From positions 7,410,483 through 7,474,482 of the forward strand of contig SMSO01000032.1 in NCBI GenBank assembly GCA_004764695.1: DNA of 64,000 nt, written 5' to 3'. The translations under genes and the position numbers were made by a program. The DNA comes from Schizochytrium sp. TIO01 (lineage: Eukaryota; Protista; Bigyra: Labyrinthulomycetes). This document shows positions 44,112 to 55,771 of the stretch, piece after piece. Every line of letters begins with the position of its first letter. The first letter of the stretch is position 1. The notes under the pieces are model-generated. The model searched no databases, was not told the origin of the DNA, and worked only from the letters and a program-made list of their open reading frames with translations.

Positions 44112-45269
44112 TTATTCATCTTCAAGCATTTTCTCAGATTTCGAAAGACCGTCGAAGATGCTTTCCGGCTTGGCATTCTCGAAGGCGATGCGGTAAATAT
44201 TGCAAAAGAGGGGGAAGAGATCATCAGCAGCACTTTCTTCGGGAAACTCTGCCTTGAGAATCTTGTACACCTCCGAGCAGGCCAATGTACCTTGCAGCTT
44301 TTGGCCGCCAAGAAGCTCCGCCTCAATCTCATCCCATGACTTCTGGGAACCTCCCTTTACAAAGGCCTCAGCACACTTGCGATTGCGACCACCATAGCAA
44401 GTAGTAATGAGGTCAGCAGCACCGCAGGACTGCAAAAGGATTTCAATAGGGAATTCGCCTGTGCGCAACTCAATAAAGCGACCCATTTCCAAAAGGCCAA
44501 TTCGGATGATGGCAGCCTTGGTGTTGTTTCCATAGCCAAGACCATCACAGAAGCCAGCACCAAGAGCAACAATGTTCTTGAGAGCACCGCAGAGCTCTAC
44601 GGCCTCAGACCGGCGCACGGTAGTGATGTGGAATTTGGGGCGCTGGAAGAGCTCCTGGAGAACACGAGCGTGCTCTGCAGGACCACCAATGGTAGCTTCG
44701 GCGAAGTCACCCTCAGCAATCTCAGAGGCAACATTGGCACCCATAAGGGCAGAAACTTCAACGTCAAGGCCCTTGCGGATAAGGTCGGATACAAGGACGA
44801 TACCGTTATCATCGAAGTCGATACCCTTGATGAGAGAAATAGCAATGGCGTTTTCACTCATGCTCTTCTTAATTGTTGGCAAGAGCTTGTCGAGAAACTG
44901 GTGGGGGACTACGAAGACAAGCACGTCAGCTTTATCACAGGCCTTGGCAAGATCAGGCTCTGCAATGATGTTCTTTGGGAGCTTGATGTTGGGCAAGTAC
45001 TTGACATTCTCGTGGTCCTCGTTCATGATCTCCGTAAGCTTGCGGCCATTGATCTCTTCTTCGTAGACCCACATTTGGACATCCTTCTCGAAAAGCTTGG
45101 GCTTTTCTGCGCAGTTCTCTGCGCAGAGAATGCCAGCAGTGCATCCCCAGTTGCCGGATCCGATGATGGCAACCTTGAGCGGGGGCGTGGGCATCTTGCA
45201 GCCATCCTTTGACTCAGCCTCAGCCCGAGCGGACAGGCCAAGGGTCATGCTCTTCAGTCTTTGCAGCAT
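44112..45269 (-). CDS. GPD1: NAD+-dependent glycerol-3-phosphate dehydrogenase
   Basis: IIGSGNWG, VQMWVYEE, HENVKYLP, FVVPHQF, SLIKG, LMGANVASE, CGALKNIVALGAGF, NTKAAIIRIG, DLITTCYGGRNR, GQKLQG. Confidence 0.98.
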   Translation of the reverse strand: MLQRLKSMTLGLSARAEAESKDGCKMPTPPLKVAIIGSGNWGCTAGILCAENCAEKPKLFEKDVQMWVYEEEINGRKLTEIMNEDHENVKYLPNIKLPKNIIAEPDLAKACDKADVLVFVVPHQFLDKLLPTIKKSMSENAIAISLIKGIDFDDNGIVLVSDLIRKGLDVEVSALMGANVASEIAEGDFAEATIGGPAEHARVLQELFQRPKFHITTVRRSEAVELCGALKNIVALGAGFCDGLGYGNNTKAAIIRIGLLEMGRFIELRTGEFPIEILLQSCGAADLITTCYGGRNRKCAEAFVKGGSQKSWDEIEAELLGGQKLQGTLACSEVYKILKAEFPEESAADDLFPLFCNIYRIAFENAKPESIFDGLSKSEKMLEDE

Positions 45270-46500
45270 CTTTCTATTTCTACGCTAGCGAGCTTTCTCC
45301 AAGGGCTCGAATTCCTAGGCGTGCCTTGTTCTTGTACTTGGTTTTAGCTCGCTCGCTCACAGCCAGCGATGCTCTTTTCTTTCCTGCTTTTCCGCTTCAC
45401 TGATGGACCAAAGCGCTGATCTCAGGATTCCAAGCAGAACCTTGGGCACGCTATTTCCTGGACCGTGTCTTTGCGGTTTTCCTAAAGCTAGTCTCTTGAG
45501 TTGCGGGTTTGATTCAAGGTTTGCTTTGGCGTTGGCGCCTCTGCGGATAGATTGACTGCTGATGACTTGCTGACTTGAGTCTGAGATTTGATTCACTCAA
45601 TGATTTCTCTTTTTCCTTTTCTTTTTCTTTTTATGTTTTCATTTAATTTTTCTTTGTTTAATCGCATCGCTTGCTATAAAAGTGGTTCGCTGCATTTTTC
45701 GTGGGCATGAATTTCTTCTTCTACATTTCGGGCATCGTTCAATCTCCGCCAATTATCATATTCTTTATCTTCATCGACCCTCCAAGTCAAGCGATGGGCC
45801 CAAGAAACTCTGGCGGAGAGAGCGATGACTGGGAAAACCTTTTTGGTTGCTCTCTACCGGTCTGTACATAACGCCTAGTTAGAACTTGCGCCATAAGTTG
45901 ATTTTGGCTAAACATAAGTTTCATTTTCATAACCTCTTTTCTCTGTCCATTTACGCTCTTCTAAGAGTTAGTTCAATGGGATCGAAACAAAAGCAAATCA
46001 AATTGTTTAGTGCCAAATAGTTTTCATAATTTTCATTTCCAATTAAGTATAACTTTTTTCATTGCTCTTTCAAAAATATAATTGATTGATCATGAGTACT
46101 TACTAATAGCACTACTAAAAGAAACCATGATAGAGCAATCAATGTTAAGCCACTCAAAGAAGAAAGAAGAAAGTGAAAGAATACCCCAACTGAGTTAAAT
46201 TACAGGACCCGGGGCATTCTCATTTTCTTTTCCCTCGCCCTCTCGAGTTATCGAAGTCTGTTTCTTCGCCACTGCAACCGTAGTAATCGCCGCATCTGTT
46301 GAGGTACCATTTTTTAGAGCTAGTGCACAGGTCCAAAGTCTTTATCCCGAGAGCTTCCCGTTCAATTCATGCACCTTAGCGCAATTCCCTCTGCTCTCTT
46401 TGCTTCACCAATTCTAATGCCAATTCCTCGATTCCCTCTCCTTTTCCCTCTTAATTATCAAAACAGAACAAAGTTTATTCCACTTTTCATCGTCATTGAA

Positions 46501-46501
46501 A

Positions 46502-46580
<79 letters not shown>
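46501..46580. repeat. (AAAG)20 perfect microsatellite
   Basis: Directly visible. Confidence 0.98.
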
Positions 46581-46581
<1 letters not shown>

Positions 46582-47605
46582 AAAACTAAAAGAAACTTTT
46601 TCAAGGTAGGTACTTACAGCCATAAACAACGGAGCGAGCACATTAACAGGTGTCAATGCTCAGCCAGGCTGCTTTCGAGGGGCGTGACTAGTTCAACTGA
46701 CGAGGTACGTACCTAGGTGCCTACTTTGCACGCGAAAGACGCGATCCGCGCGAGTTTGGCCTCCTTCGCGCGGCATAAACGCGAGTTATTCTTCTCTTTC
46801 ACTTACTCATCGCATTACATTTCGCCTTTTCACAGGTTTCCTTCGGTTCTCCTTCCTCGCTGACCCATGGTACCTCATTCCTAAGGTTTAGGGTAGGAGG
46901 TCCCTCCCGTGAAAGCTCAGAGATGCTCTGCGAAATGAGGCGAAAAGTCGCTTTCACGCTGCGCTTGCGAGCTTTCACGAGCTTTTCACCCCTCCCTGGG
47001 CAACTTACATGCTCAGAAAGAAGACGCGAGGACGGTCCAGAGCGGCTACGACGGGTGCGGGTCTGCTCGCTAGCCCCGGGGTCCGAGAGCGTGAGTATCT
47101 TGAGGTTTCGAGGTTCCTGAGGTTTCTGAGGTTTGAGATGCTGTTGTTGTTCAACCTTGCCTTGTCAAAAGAAAGAAGAAAGAAAAAAAGAATGAATGAA
47201 TGAAAAAAGAATCCTACGATATCATCAATTTCTTTCGAGTACCAGAATTGACATGAGGTTCTTTGAAGGTTTTATCGACAAGGTGCTGTGCAGAGAACGC
47301 CTTTTGATGCAAGAGTCGAGCCTGCGGCTGCCTTGGCAGTGAATTTAGTTCGTTTTAGTACGACTGGCCGCGGCGAGTTCTTGAAGTATCTCTCGAAGGG
47401 CTTTTCATAGTACTCCATTTTCAGAAATCTCCTCGATTCTGAAGAACTCAAAGGTCATGGGATGGATACAAGCGAGTAAAGAGCGCCTATAAAAACACAA
47501 TCATAAAGAATACTTTCGAATGGAAAGTCGTCGAAGCAGAGAACCAAACGCATTCTAAATAAACCTTTCTTCTTGAGGTTTACAATGTATGTATCTGACA
47601 TTGCA

Positions 47606-48376
47606 TTAGATTTCATAGTTCATGAAGTGTTCTGAATATTGCAGAGCTTGTGCCATCGGCGCATCTCTATAAATGAAAAGTCGAAAATCAAGCTCAGAAG
47701 TTAATACACATGAACTGAAGGCTGCGCTGGCGTCATCATCGAAGGAAAGCCGCTGGAATTGAGCAAAGTCCATTCGCGTGCACAGCAGCCTACTCTGGGC
47801 TACCGGATCACTGTCTATATACCCGATCTCACCGTTTGTAGATCTCTGAGGCGGCATGAACTTTGACAATCGCATCACAGGCGGAAAGACCAAACGAGTT
47901 CCAGGAGGCTGAAGAACACGAATGCAAAAGTAAATATATGTCTTGACCTTCAAGCTGTGACAGAAGCCAATCGGCACTTGCTTGCAGCTAGAAAGTCGAT
48001 CGCGTACGAAAGAAGCCAAAACTACCACTACATTCAATTCACCAAGGTCGACTTTGTGATCAAATAGTCTTGAAATTGTCTTGGTAGAACCCGTACATCT
48101 CTTGTGTTCAACGAAATCACTCGTTTAATCCCACTCGGAATCGTTTATAAAAACCGCTGCATGCACTGCGCTTCGACGTTGCCATGCTATACAAGAAGAT
48201 GCCTGAACTTCTTCTTGCTTTCCATCATCGTCATCATCATCACCACCATCGACCTCTAAAGTGGCCGAGTCCCACTTAAGCTCATGCTTGCTCCAGTGAT
48301 TCTATTTTTTATTTGATTTCTTCAAGTTGCAAATGATTAGTTCAAGTTCCCAATTCTTGTTATTCACCTTTTTAAT
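47606..48376 (-). pseudogene. Decayed coding sequence of unknown family
   Basis: One frame of ~255 codons broken only by stops at 48302-48304 and 48125-48127; includes an acidic GDDDDDDG tract. Confidence 0.35.
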
Positions 48377-49241
48377 TTCTTATTAAAATTAAAGAAAAAG
48401 CATCGCGCAAACATCCCGAGCAGGGCGTGCAAACTTCGCTCAGAGACCCAGAGATCTGATGAATTACACGCTCCCGCACGCTCCGGTTCAATCGCCAGAA
48501 GTTGCAGGAAACCACAAGAAGTCTAAGGCCACCGTGAAGACGACCCTCGGAAACCAGCCAAAGCGCCAGAGCGTCTCCGACATGTCTCCGCTTTGTCGGA
48601 GGACCGCCACTGTTTTGCTGTTCTGTGCTCAGAGTCACTTCAGAACTGAAGAACCTTTGGAGAGACATCCACAAATTACTGAGTACCACACTTGCTTAGG
48701 TACATATGATATATGTGTGTATATATACACATATATATAACTCACATCCGACTATTATAAATGAAAAGAAAACAAGACAACGAGAATTTATAATTGATCA
48801 CTTTTCATGATGATCTTTTTACATTCCAAGCGGCAACTCTTTGCAGAGTTTATGAAGAAGACGTGCGTCCAGCTGGCCAGGGAAAACTGCGGTGAAGCAG
48901 AGTCTGTACCCAAAGCTGGTCGTTGGTCGATGATTGCCAAGCCATTGCTTGCTTGTTGTTAATATTGTCAAATGGTTTTCAAGAGTCTTGAAATATGCAC
49001 CTGACATCTTGTTATTGCCCAGCAAGCTGGACACTTTGCAAAATGAAGACAATGGGTCTCTTAATTCCAAGTCCCGGCTTTAATCTCAGCTTCTCTGTCG
49101 ATGAAAGCTGTTGATCGGTGTGTCAAAGATAGTAGGCGGTGGTAGTACGATCAATCTAATGCAACCAATTTTGTATAAACCATTGATTTGCTTGCCCTCC
49201 CTCGTTTTCTCTCAAGGAGTATCTTCACTCACTTACTCACT

Positions 49242-49285
49242 ATTGCATTGCATTGCATTGCATTGCATTGCATTGCATTGCATTG
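49242..49285. repeat. (ATTGC)n pentanucleotide microsatellite (~9 units)
   Basis: Directly visible. Confidence 0.97.
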
Positions 49286-52200
49286 GCGAGCTCGTCCTCT
49301 ACATCTACGAAAGTATCAAACAAACTCGCGCATTTGCCGCAATTTTTCATGAAATCTATTCGATTCTGTAGGTACTGTTCTGGACGGTCTCCATTGCCAC
49401 CAATGTGCCTCTTCCACTGCGGGTCATCCCAACCTTGGCGAAGATCAGCGCCAAGCCGCCCTTCTTGTTCTTCATTCCTACGATAACTTGAGAACCGCGC
49501 ATTCCTTACCACTGCGACTGACATTCCTATCAGTCTGGCGAAACAAGTGCCCGAGAGGGGCCAAGCGGTGAGGTGAGATGAGCTGAGTGGTTCGCGTGGA
49601 AGATGGATGAGAGCTAGGTAGGTGTTTAGACTGCCTACGCTGCTATAAAGGTAGGTCATCTCGACAAGTTTGCACCGTAAAGAATGATGGATTGCATAAA
49701 ATGATCTGACCTTAAAATGGAGCGACATGAATGAATTGCTCAAAACTTGATTGTGGTGAGTGCGTTTTTTAGTTGTTTTTTATAATTCTCGCTAGGTAAT
49801 GGAAAGGTGCTCTTTTAAATGTTGTATTGTAGGCGTTGTAGATATATCTATGGCAACGGGAGTAGGCCACACCCATACTACACAAGGCTGGTGTTTCGTT
49901 GCTTTATCGCTGCAGAAAGAGGGTTTACTAAACTAAACTGAACTAAACTATGGTGGTCTGATGGTATTGTAAAATATTGAATAAAAACATGGCAAACCAC
50001 CATTACCGTCGGCTTTAAAAAGAAAAAGAATTTTTTTTAAAGCTGATTTGAAAAGACAGGGGCTCAAGTCTTTATATCTCTCTTTGAGCAGTGGTAACAG
50101 CATTGATTTTCTTCAAAGACTTTAGGATAGAAATGGAGAAATGAAACCCACGCACGGCCTGAGATCGGACTAGCTATCAGTATTCTTATTTGTTTGCATG
50201 CACCAACATTTGCTGACGTTCCTAAGATTCTAGGTATGGCACTTGACCAAAGAGTACTTGCCACATTTCAAGTACTTATAACGGTGTCACAGAGAATGGT
50301 ATACCAAAAGAAATAAATCTTAGCTAGCTTTGGACGCGAATGCAATGGCTTTAACCATTTCAACGAAGCAAGTAGCTTGGAATCAACCTGAATGAGTGTG
50401 GGATTATCTAAAATAGTGCGTGGTTAGAGTACCTAACCTAGGCAAGGTATCTATCATTAAATTTAAATAAAAAAAATTAAAAGAAATCACTCAAACATCG
50501 CTCTCGCATACCCAGCAATTCTGCTTTTTCACAGACACTGCTGACCAAAACAGTTCTCAACTCATATTTCTAGACGTGCCCCCAAAAGGTCACTCAGGTA
50601 AGCGAATTGAAGAAAAGATCATTATTGTTGTGTCGCAAAGAACCCTCATAAATGAGTTAGTAGCATCGAAATTGAAAACACTTCAAGTAAAATAAAATGT
50701 GGAGACGCTGCACTTTCCGTGGCTCCGAATGCTTGCACTTCGCGGAGGAGTGGTCGTGCATAAAACAAGTTTGTACGGGCAAACAGTGCTCGGCATTCAA
50801 CTTTAGTGTGCCACAAATTGTGATAAAATCACTGCTGACGAGACTTTCTCAATAGAATGCGAGGTGATGGAGATAATTGGTATGAGCTGTAGCCAAATAC
50901 CAAGTACCTAGAGGTGTAGCAAGCTACACTACTATTATCTCACATGCTGATGCGAAAACGCTTTTGCTTTTTTGGTGTTGTCCAGAGCAACTAACTTCCT
51001 TTCACAACAGCAACATAATAACAGTATAGGCGAAGTTAAGGGTAACTTTGGCTATTAAGGGTTTCCTTTTGGCAGATCTTTGGAGAAAACAAAACCAAAA
51101 AGTAAAAAAAAAAAATCAACCTTGACTCAATATTTTTAATCTTAAGGAAATGGGGTCGAGACAGCACTGCTAATAATTATCAAAACTGCTCAAATTGAAC
51201 CCCGGGCCTGGTTATGGCGCCGTAGAGTTGTTACTTTCACACAAACGCAGCACTGTGAAAGAAATCAGCCGTGGCGTGATAAACAAAAGTGAACTTAAAA
51301 AACTCTGCTGCGTGTTCCTGAGCCTTTATTCAAAGTGACAACTACGTGAATTGAATTAACATTACTTATAAGTACGTGAACTCTTGCCCCGCCCTGCAGG
51401 AATGTCCAAATATTATGCATACTTACGGCTCTTGTTGAGTGGAGATTGAAGTTTCAAGAACCTGAAGCAGGCACCAAATTACACTTTCCAAATCTAATCA
51501 AGAAGCAGAAAACTATAGTCTCTGGAGGGACGGGGACCAACCAAGAGCAGGGTGGCCTTGATTGTAAAGTAGTAGAGCTCAGAGAGACTGGTTTCAGCTT
51601 GTCGCAGAACCATTTATCCATATATTATATTAAAAAAAGATATACGGAAATAAGCAAGGGGACAATTTGTTTTAAATACACGACCTGCTTGCTTCAATGA
51701 ATCGCAATCAGGTTACTTAAGCAAGGCCTGATATCGATAGGGATAACGTCAACAAAACAATTGAGGAATAGAAAAAGCCTAGACCTGCCCAAGAAAACAC
51801 CATAGCAGATCTGAATTTCATCTGCGGAAGGTTACTGAGAGAGACGAGCACTGTAACTGAATGTAGATACTTTTGGCTTTATAGGTCTACTAGGTTTGCC
51901 GCCATCCAAACGTATCTTTCCAGTCTATCCATCTCAGTTTGTAGATCTATACCTTGGATCAAGCAAAGACGGCAGATGCAGGTTTAGCGAAGGTTGCGCA
52001 TACTATTGGATTCTAAGCAAAAGCAACTTGACAAATAAAGAAAAACAGAGCTCGTCACCATGTTGCTAGAAAGGAGCGTTTATCGATTTCTAATTATTTG
52101 TTATTTGGAACAATGTCAATAATGGCCCGCAAGTATGAGCCTTCTTCATCGGTTTGCGTATTATAAATGATCTTTGACGCAGAACTTTCCAGTGCACTAG

Positions 52201-53957
52201 TCAACTACGTGTTTGTAGATTAGTCACTTTACGTCATTGGTGATCGCTAAGATCACACATTGCCGCGAACTAATAAACTCGAAAGTAAATGCTCAAATGC
52301 CTGGTGTGGTGACCACATAGCTCTGAGCCAAAAGGGTTTTTAAAACCGTACAACAATTAAATCAACATTCCTGACTTCAACCAAAAGGGCTAACTTGTCG
52401 AATCTTTAAATTTAGATAAAGCTCTTCGGCTTTATAACTTTAAATCTTCCGGTTTACGATAGCTATATTTCCTCCTCTTTACGTCCTTTTCGCCTTCTAA
52501 TTTTCATTTTTTCTTCCTCCCCAAATCACACACCGCCAGTGGCACTATTGAATACCTCGTGCCAAGTAAAATAAACACTTTTTCGATAAGCTAAATTCGC
52601 GGTTCTTTCTGTTGTTTATCTGAAACGCCAGCTTGTCGTCTTTGATTAAGATTGCACCGCTCTGCCTTTTTGCCTTAGTGGCGCCATGCTCGTCGCGTCG
52701 CACCCGAAGTCCTTGCGTTAACCTTGAAAGCTTGGTGCCGTTGAGTTCTACTCCTCCTGTCTTTTGCAGAGTGACGACCATGTCTCCAGCCGGTGCCTGC
52801 CTGTTTGGTGTCCGTGCCTACGTGGAAACAGACTTTATGCGATGTGATAGCGAGCTGTTGCAGAATGCGAATGCGCTGTGCAGGTTTACTTGAACTTGAT
52901 AAAGATGTTTTTTTTGTTTTTTTTAAATAATAAAATCTGATTACTTACATTGAAACTAAAAGAAAAAAATCACATGTGACGTAGGCGACTTCTTCTGAAC
53001 ACAGTTCTGGTAGCCCTCCTTGTGTCGCCACTGACTAATACGGCATGCGAGCTTGTGTCGCCCAAGATACCACCTACTACTACCGTATACAAATTAAATC
53101 TCAAAACCAAAAAACTTGTTCACTGCCGTGCCGAGCAGTATGATAAGTGGGCTCCTTCCATCACGAGAGGCAACGAGAGCTTTAATCAAACGCCAACCTT
53201 TTGCTCTTGCCTGCAGCCAGTCAGGTAGAGGGCTAAATAAATGGAATGGAAAAGAAATGGGTGAAACTTATACCACGAAGAGTTGAAAAAATGGATAGGG
53301 AACATACGCACGGAGGTATGCTGACGGATGCAATTATCGGTCAAACTAACACAAGCATGCTATCAAGATACGGTATCTATCAAAATCAGGCACACTAACT
53401 CATTTGAAGTCCACGAGTGATGCTCGAAATCTTTTCATATTGGAACAGGAGTATTACTTTGTCGCGTCGCGTCAGACGATGTCTTAGGATAGGTTACCCT
53501 GAAATATGGGCAAAGCTTTTTGATCCCATCCCAACATTTGCAGAGCAGCACGTAGGTACCTAGGCAGGCAGGATATAAAATGAGACAATGCGTAGAGTAT
53601 ATGGAGTAACGAAGTGAGCAGTTAATTAAAAGCTCTCGTACTCTACGTGTGGTCGTCCATATACATAACATATCACTATATAGAGAGTTATAATTTTGCT
53701 ACCTGCTAGATAATGCGATCAAGTGTGTAAGCGATTGAGCATAAGTTCAACCGGGATACTGTTGGTCGACGTTCCTTTCAATTTAAAGCAACAGGCTTTG
53801 AGTGTTGATGTATTACAGCTTTCACTCAAGTTCGCGATAATAGACTCAATAGACTCACCTTGAAGATGTTTAAAATTTTCATTTCGCAAAGAGTTCACTA
53901 TGTCAAGCGGTAAATACGGCTGGTATAAAGCTGGATATTGGCAATGAGTTTGGACTG

Positions 53958-54544
53958 TCAGTACATGATCAGATCACATCCTCTTGTTTCTTTCTGAAAA
54001 AGTCCATTCATCAGGGCAGCAACGTGATACCCACAATCATAACCATTGTGTTGATGACCCGAGACAACAGACCAGGATATATTTCTATGATCAGACCTAA
54101 ACAAGATTTCGAGGCATATTTGATTGGCATGATTACGCTGTGCACCTAAAAATCTGACTCTGGATAAAATGCGACGTGTTGGTTCAAGCGAAAAATTAAT
54201 GAATGAAGGGTCCAAGAATCGTTAAAGAGTGCAGAGGGGAAGACATAATCAACGCACGCAGGCGTTGATCATTTTGCAATACGAGGTGGCACATCTTTCC
54301 CTCGAAGATCAATTTTTGCATTGTCTCTCCAATTTAGATCTAGAATTGAGGCAGCAATTGCTTTGTGAGCATAATCTGAAAACAGCTCTATTTTCGGGTA
54401 CTCTGACTTAAGGAGAGCATCATGTGCATATGAAGACACAAAATCGCAGCGTGGTTTCGAAGAGGTTTTGAGTCTGTTATTCTCGCATTCGTGAGAGCAC
54501 CACATATCTATCAGAACGTTGTTCATATGCTGTGGAGATATCAT
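53958..54544 (-). pseudogene. Decayed Ulp1/SENP-like (peptidase C48) protease
   Basis: Collinear motifs across a stop and a frameshift: ISPQHMNNVLIDMW...CDFVSSYAHDAL...*...VDYVFPSALFNDSWTL...[fs]...SWSVVSGHQHNGYDCGYHV. The last matches the Ulp1 catalytic QxNGYDCG motif. Confidence 0.6.
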
Positions 54545-55060
54545 ATGGCTTTCCGAGTTCCTGAGTATTAACTATAACGTCTGTCCAGTCTTCGCATGAA
54601 TTGTCGCGGCTGAAAGCAGGCACAAGGTCAGCAACTTGAATATGGTAAGGGGCGACTTAAGTATTTCCCAGCCTAAAGTTCAGAATTAAGCTGGGGTCAA
54701 GACTATAGGGTATCCTCGCAGACCTTTGCCAAGGATTTTTTGATCTTTTTTATTGGAGCCCGTATTTCGTACCGGCATCAATTCTTTCGTCTTCTTTTTT
54801 CTGCTGTTTTTACTATCACCTTAGACCTAGTAGGCTTAAAATAGAACGTACTAGTAAGTACCTATTGGCATTTTCCTGCTAGTTAGTTCATGGCACCGAC
54901 CAACTTGGAAAACTCCACCTAAACAGCTTTTGCAAGCAGCTAGATTGATCGCAGCTACGTTAGGCCTGCTCGAAGTTGTTAAACGTCTTAAGCAATATTT
55001 GAGTTGGGTGTACCGTGCAAATCCTAACACTTGGCTCTTCAGACAACAGCTTCTTGCAAG

Positions 55061-55771
55061 ATGGGCGGAGATGGTGGCACCTTGGCTGTGAAGCGTTCAT
55101 TTCTGCGTAAAGAAGACGAAGGCACAGCCAGAGACCGAGCGAAAGCAGAAAAGCAAGCTGCTACCGAGCTGCGAGTACTGAGCCATAGAACCTGCAGCGT
55201 TTCTGGAGAAGAGCTGCAGGAACCTGTGGTGTGCTGCGAACTGGGATACTTATACAACAAAGAGGCGCTCTTGCAGCGTTTACTTGAGGGCCCACCACTT
55301 GAGGACAAGTTTAAGCATGTCAAGTTTAAAGAGCTCTTGAATTGTGTACTTGAGGCGAACCCCACGTATACATCTGAGGGCAAGAAAAAATCAACTTCAA
55401 GCGCAGCAAGCTCAAGCAAGGCGGCATCTACCACAATGACGTTCTGGGCAGAACCTGACGCACCAGCGCCATTTATATGCCCGGTTACTCTCTTGGAGAT
55501 GAACGGCAAGTTTCCCTTTTGTTGTCTCTACCCATCCGGCCGCGTCTTAAGTAGTAAAGCTATTACTGAGGTTCCGAAGATCATGGAAGGGGATACCCGG
55601 ATTATCAAGATTAACCCAAGTGAAGAAGAGCGCACAAAAGCGTACGAAGATCTTTTAGAGAGACGGAAGAAGAATAAGAAGCAAGACCGCAAACGTAAAA
55701 AGGGGAAAGGAAAAGATGAAGATAGTCTTTCGAAGAAAGCTAAGGCTGATCGTCTGCAAAGTTCGTCGTGA
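55061..55771 (+). CDS. RTF2: Replication termination factor 2 (Rtf2/RTFDC1 family)
   Basis: MGGDGGT start motif, CSVSGEELQEPVVCCELGYLYNKE, FICPVTLLEMNGKFPF, GRVLSSKAI, IIKINP; K-rich tail. ATG at 55061. Confidence 0.93.
   Translation: MGGDGGTLAVKRSFLRKEDEGTARDRAKAEKQAATELRVLSHRTCSVSGEELQEPVVCCELGYLYNKEALLQRLLEGPPLEDKFKHVKFKELLNCVLEANPTYTSEGKKKSTSSAASSSKAASTTMTFWAEPDAPAPFICPVTLLEMNGKFPFCCLYPSGRVLSSKAITEVPKIMEGDTRIIKINPSEEERTKAYEDLLERRKKNKKQDRKRKKGKGKDEDSLSKKAKADRLQSSS

Noticed and set aside
44572-45212. Long antisense ORFs over GPD1 (and similar ones over eIF4E, ARPC1, the crotonase gene and the 11.3-12.1 kb gene)
   Set aside because: Shadow ORFs expected from biased codon usage on the opposite strand; they have no motifs of their own.
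46369-46716. KKER-repeat and FFLS-repeat ORFs
   Set aside because: Translations of the (AAAG)20 microsatellite.
48459-48740. LPHAPVQSPEVA resembling the mariner LPHPPYSPDLA motif
   Set aside because: No following catalytic Asp/Glu context or other DDE motifs; too weak to call.
51150-51260. tRNA-like T-loop (minus strand CCGGGGTTCAAT)
   Set aside because: No T-stem pairing, acceptor stem or D-arm could be formed.
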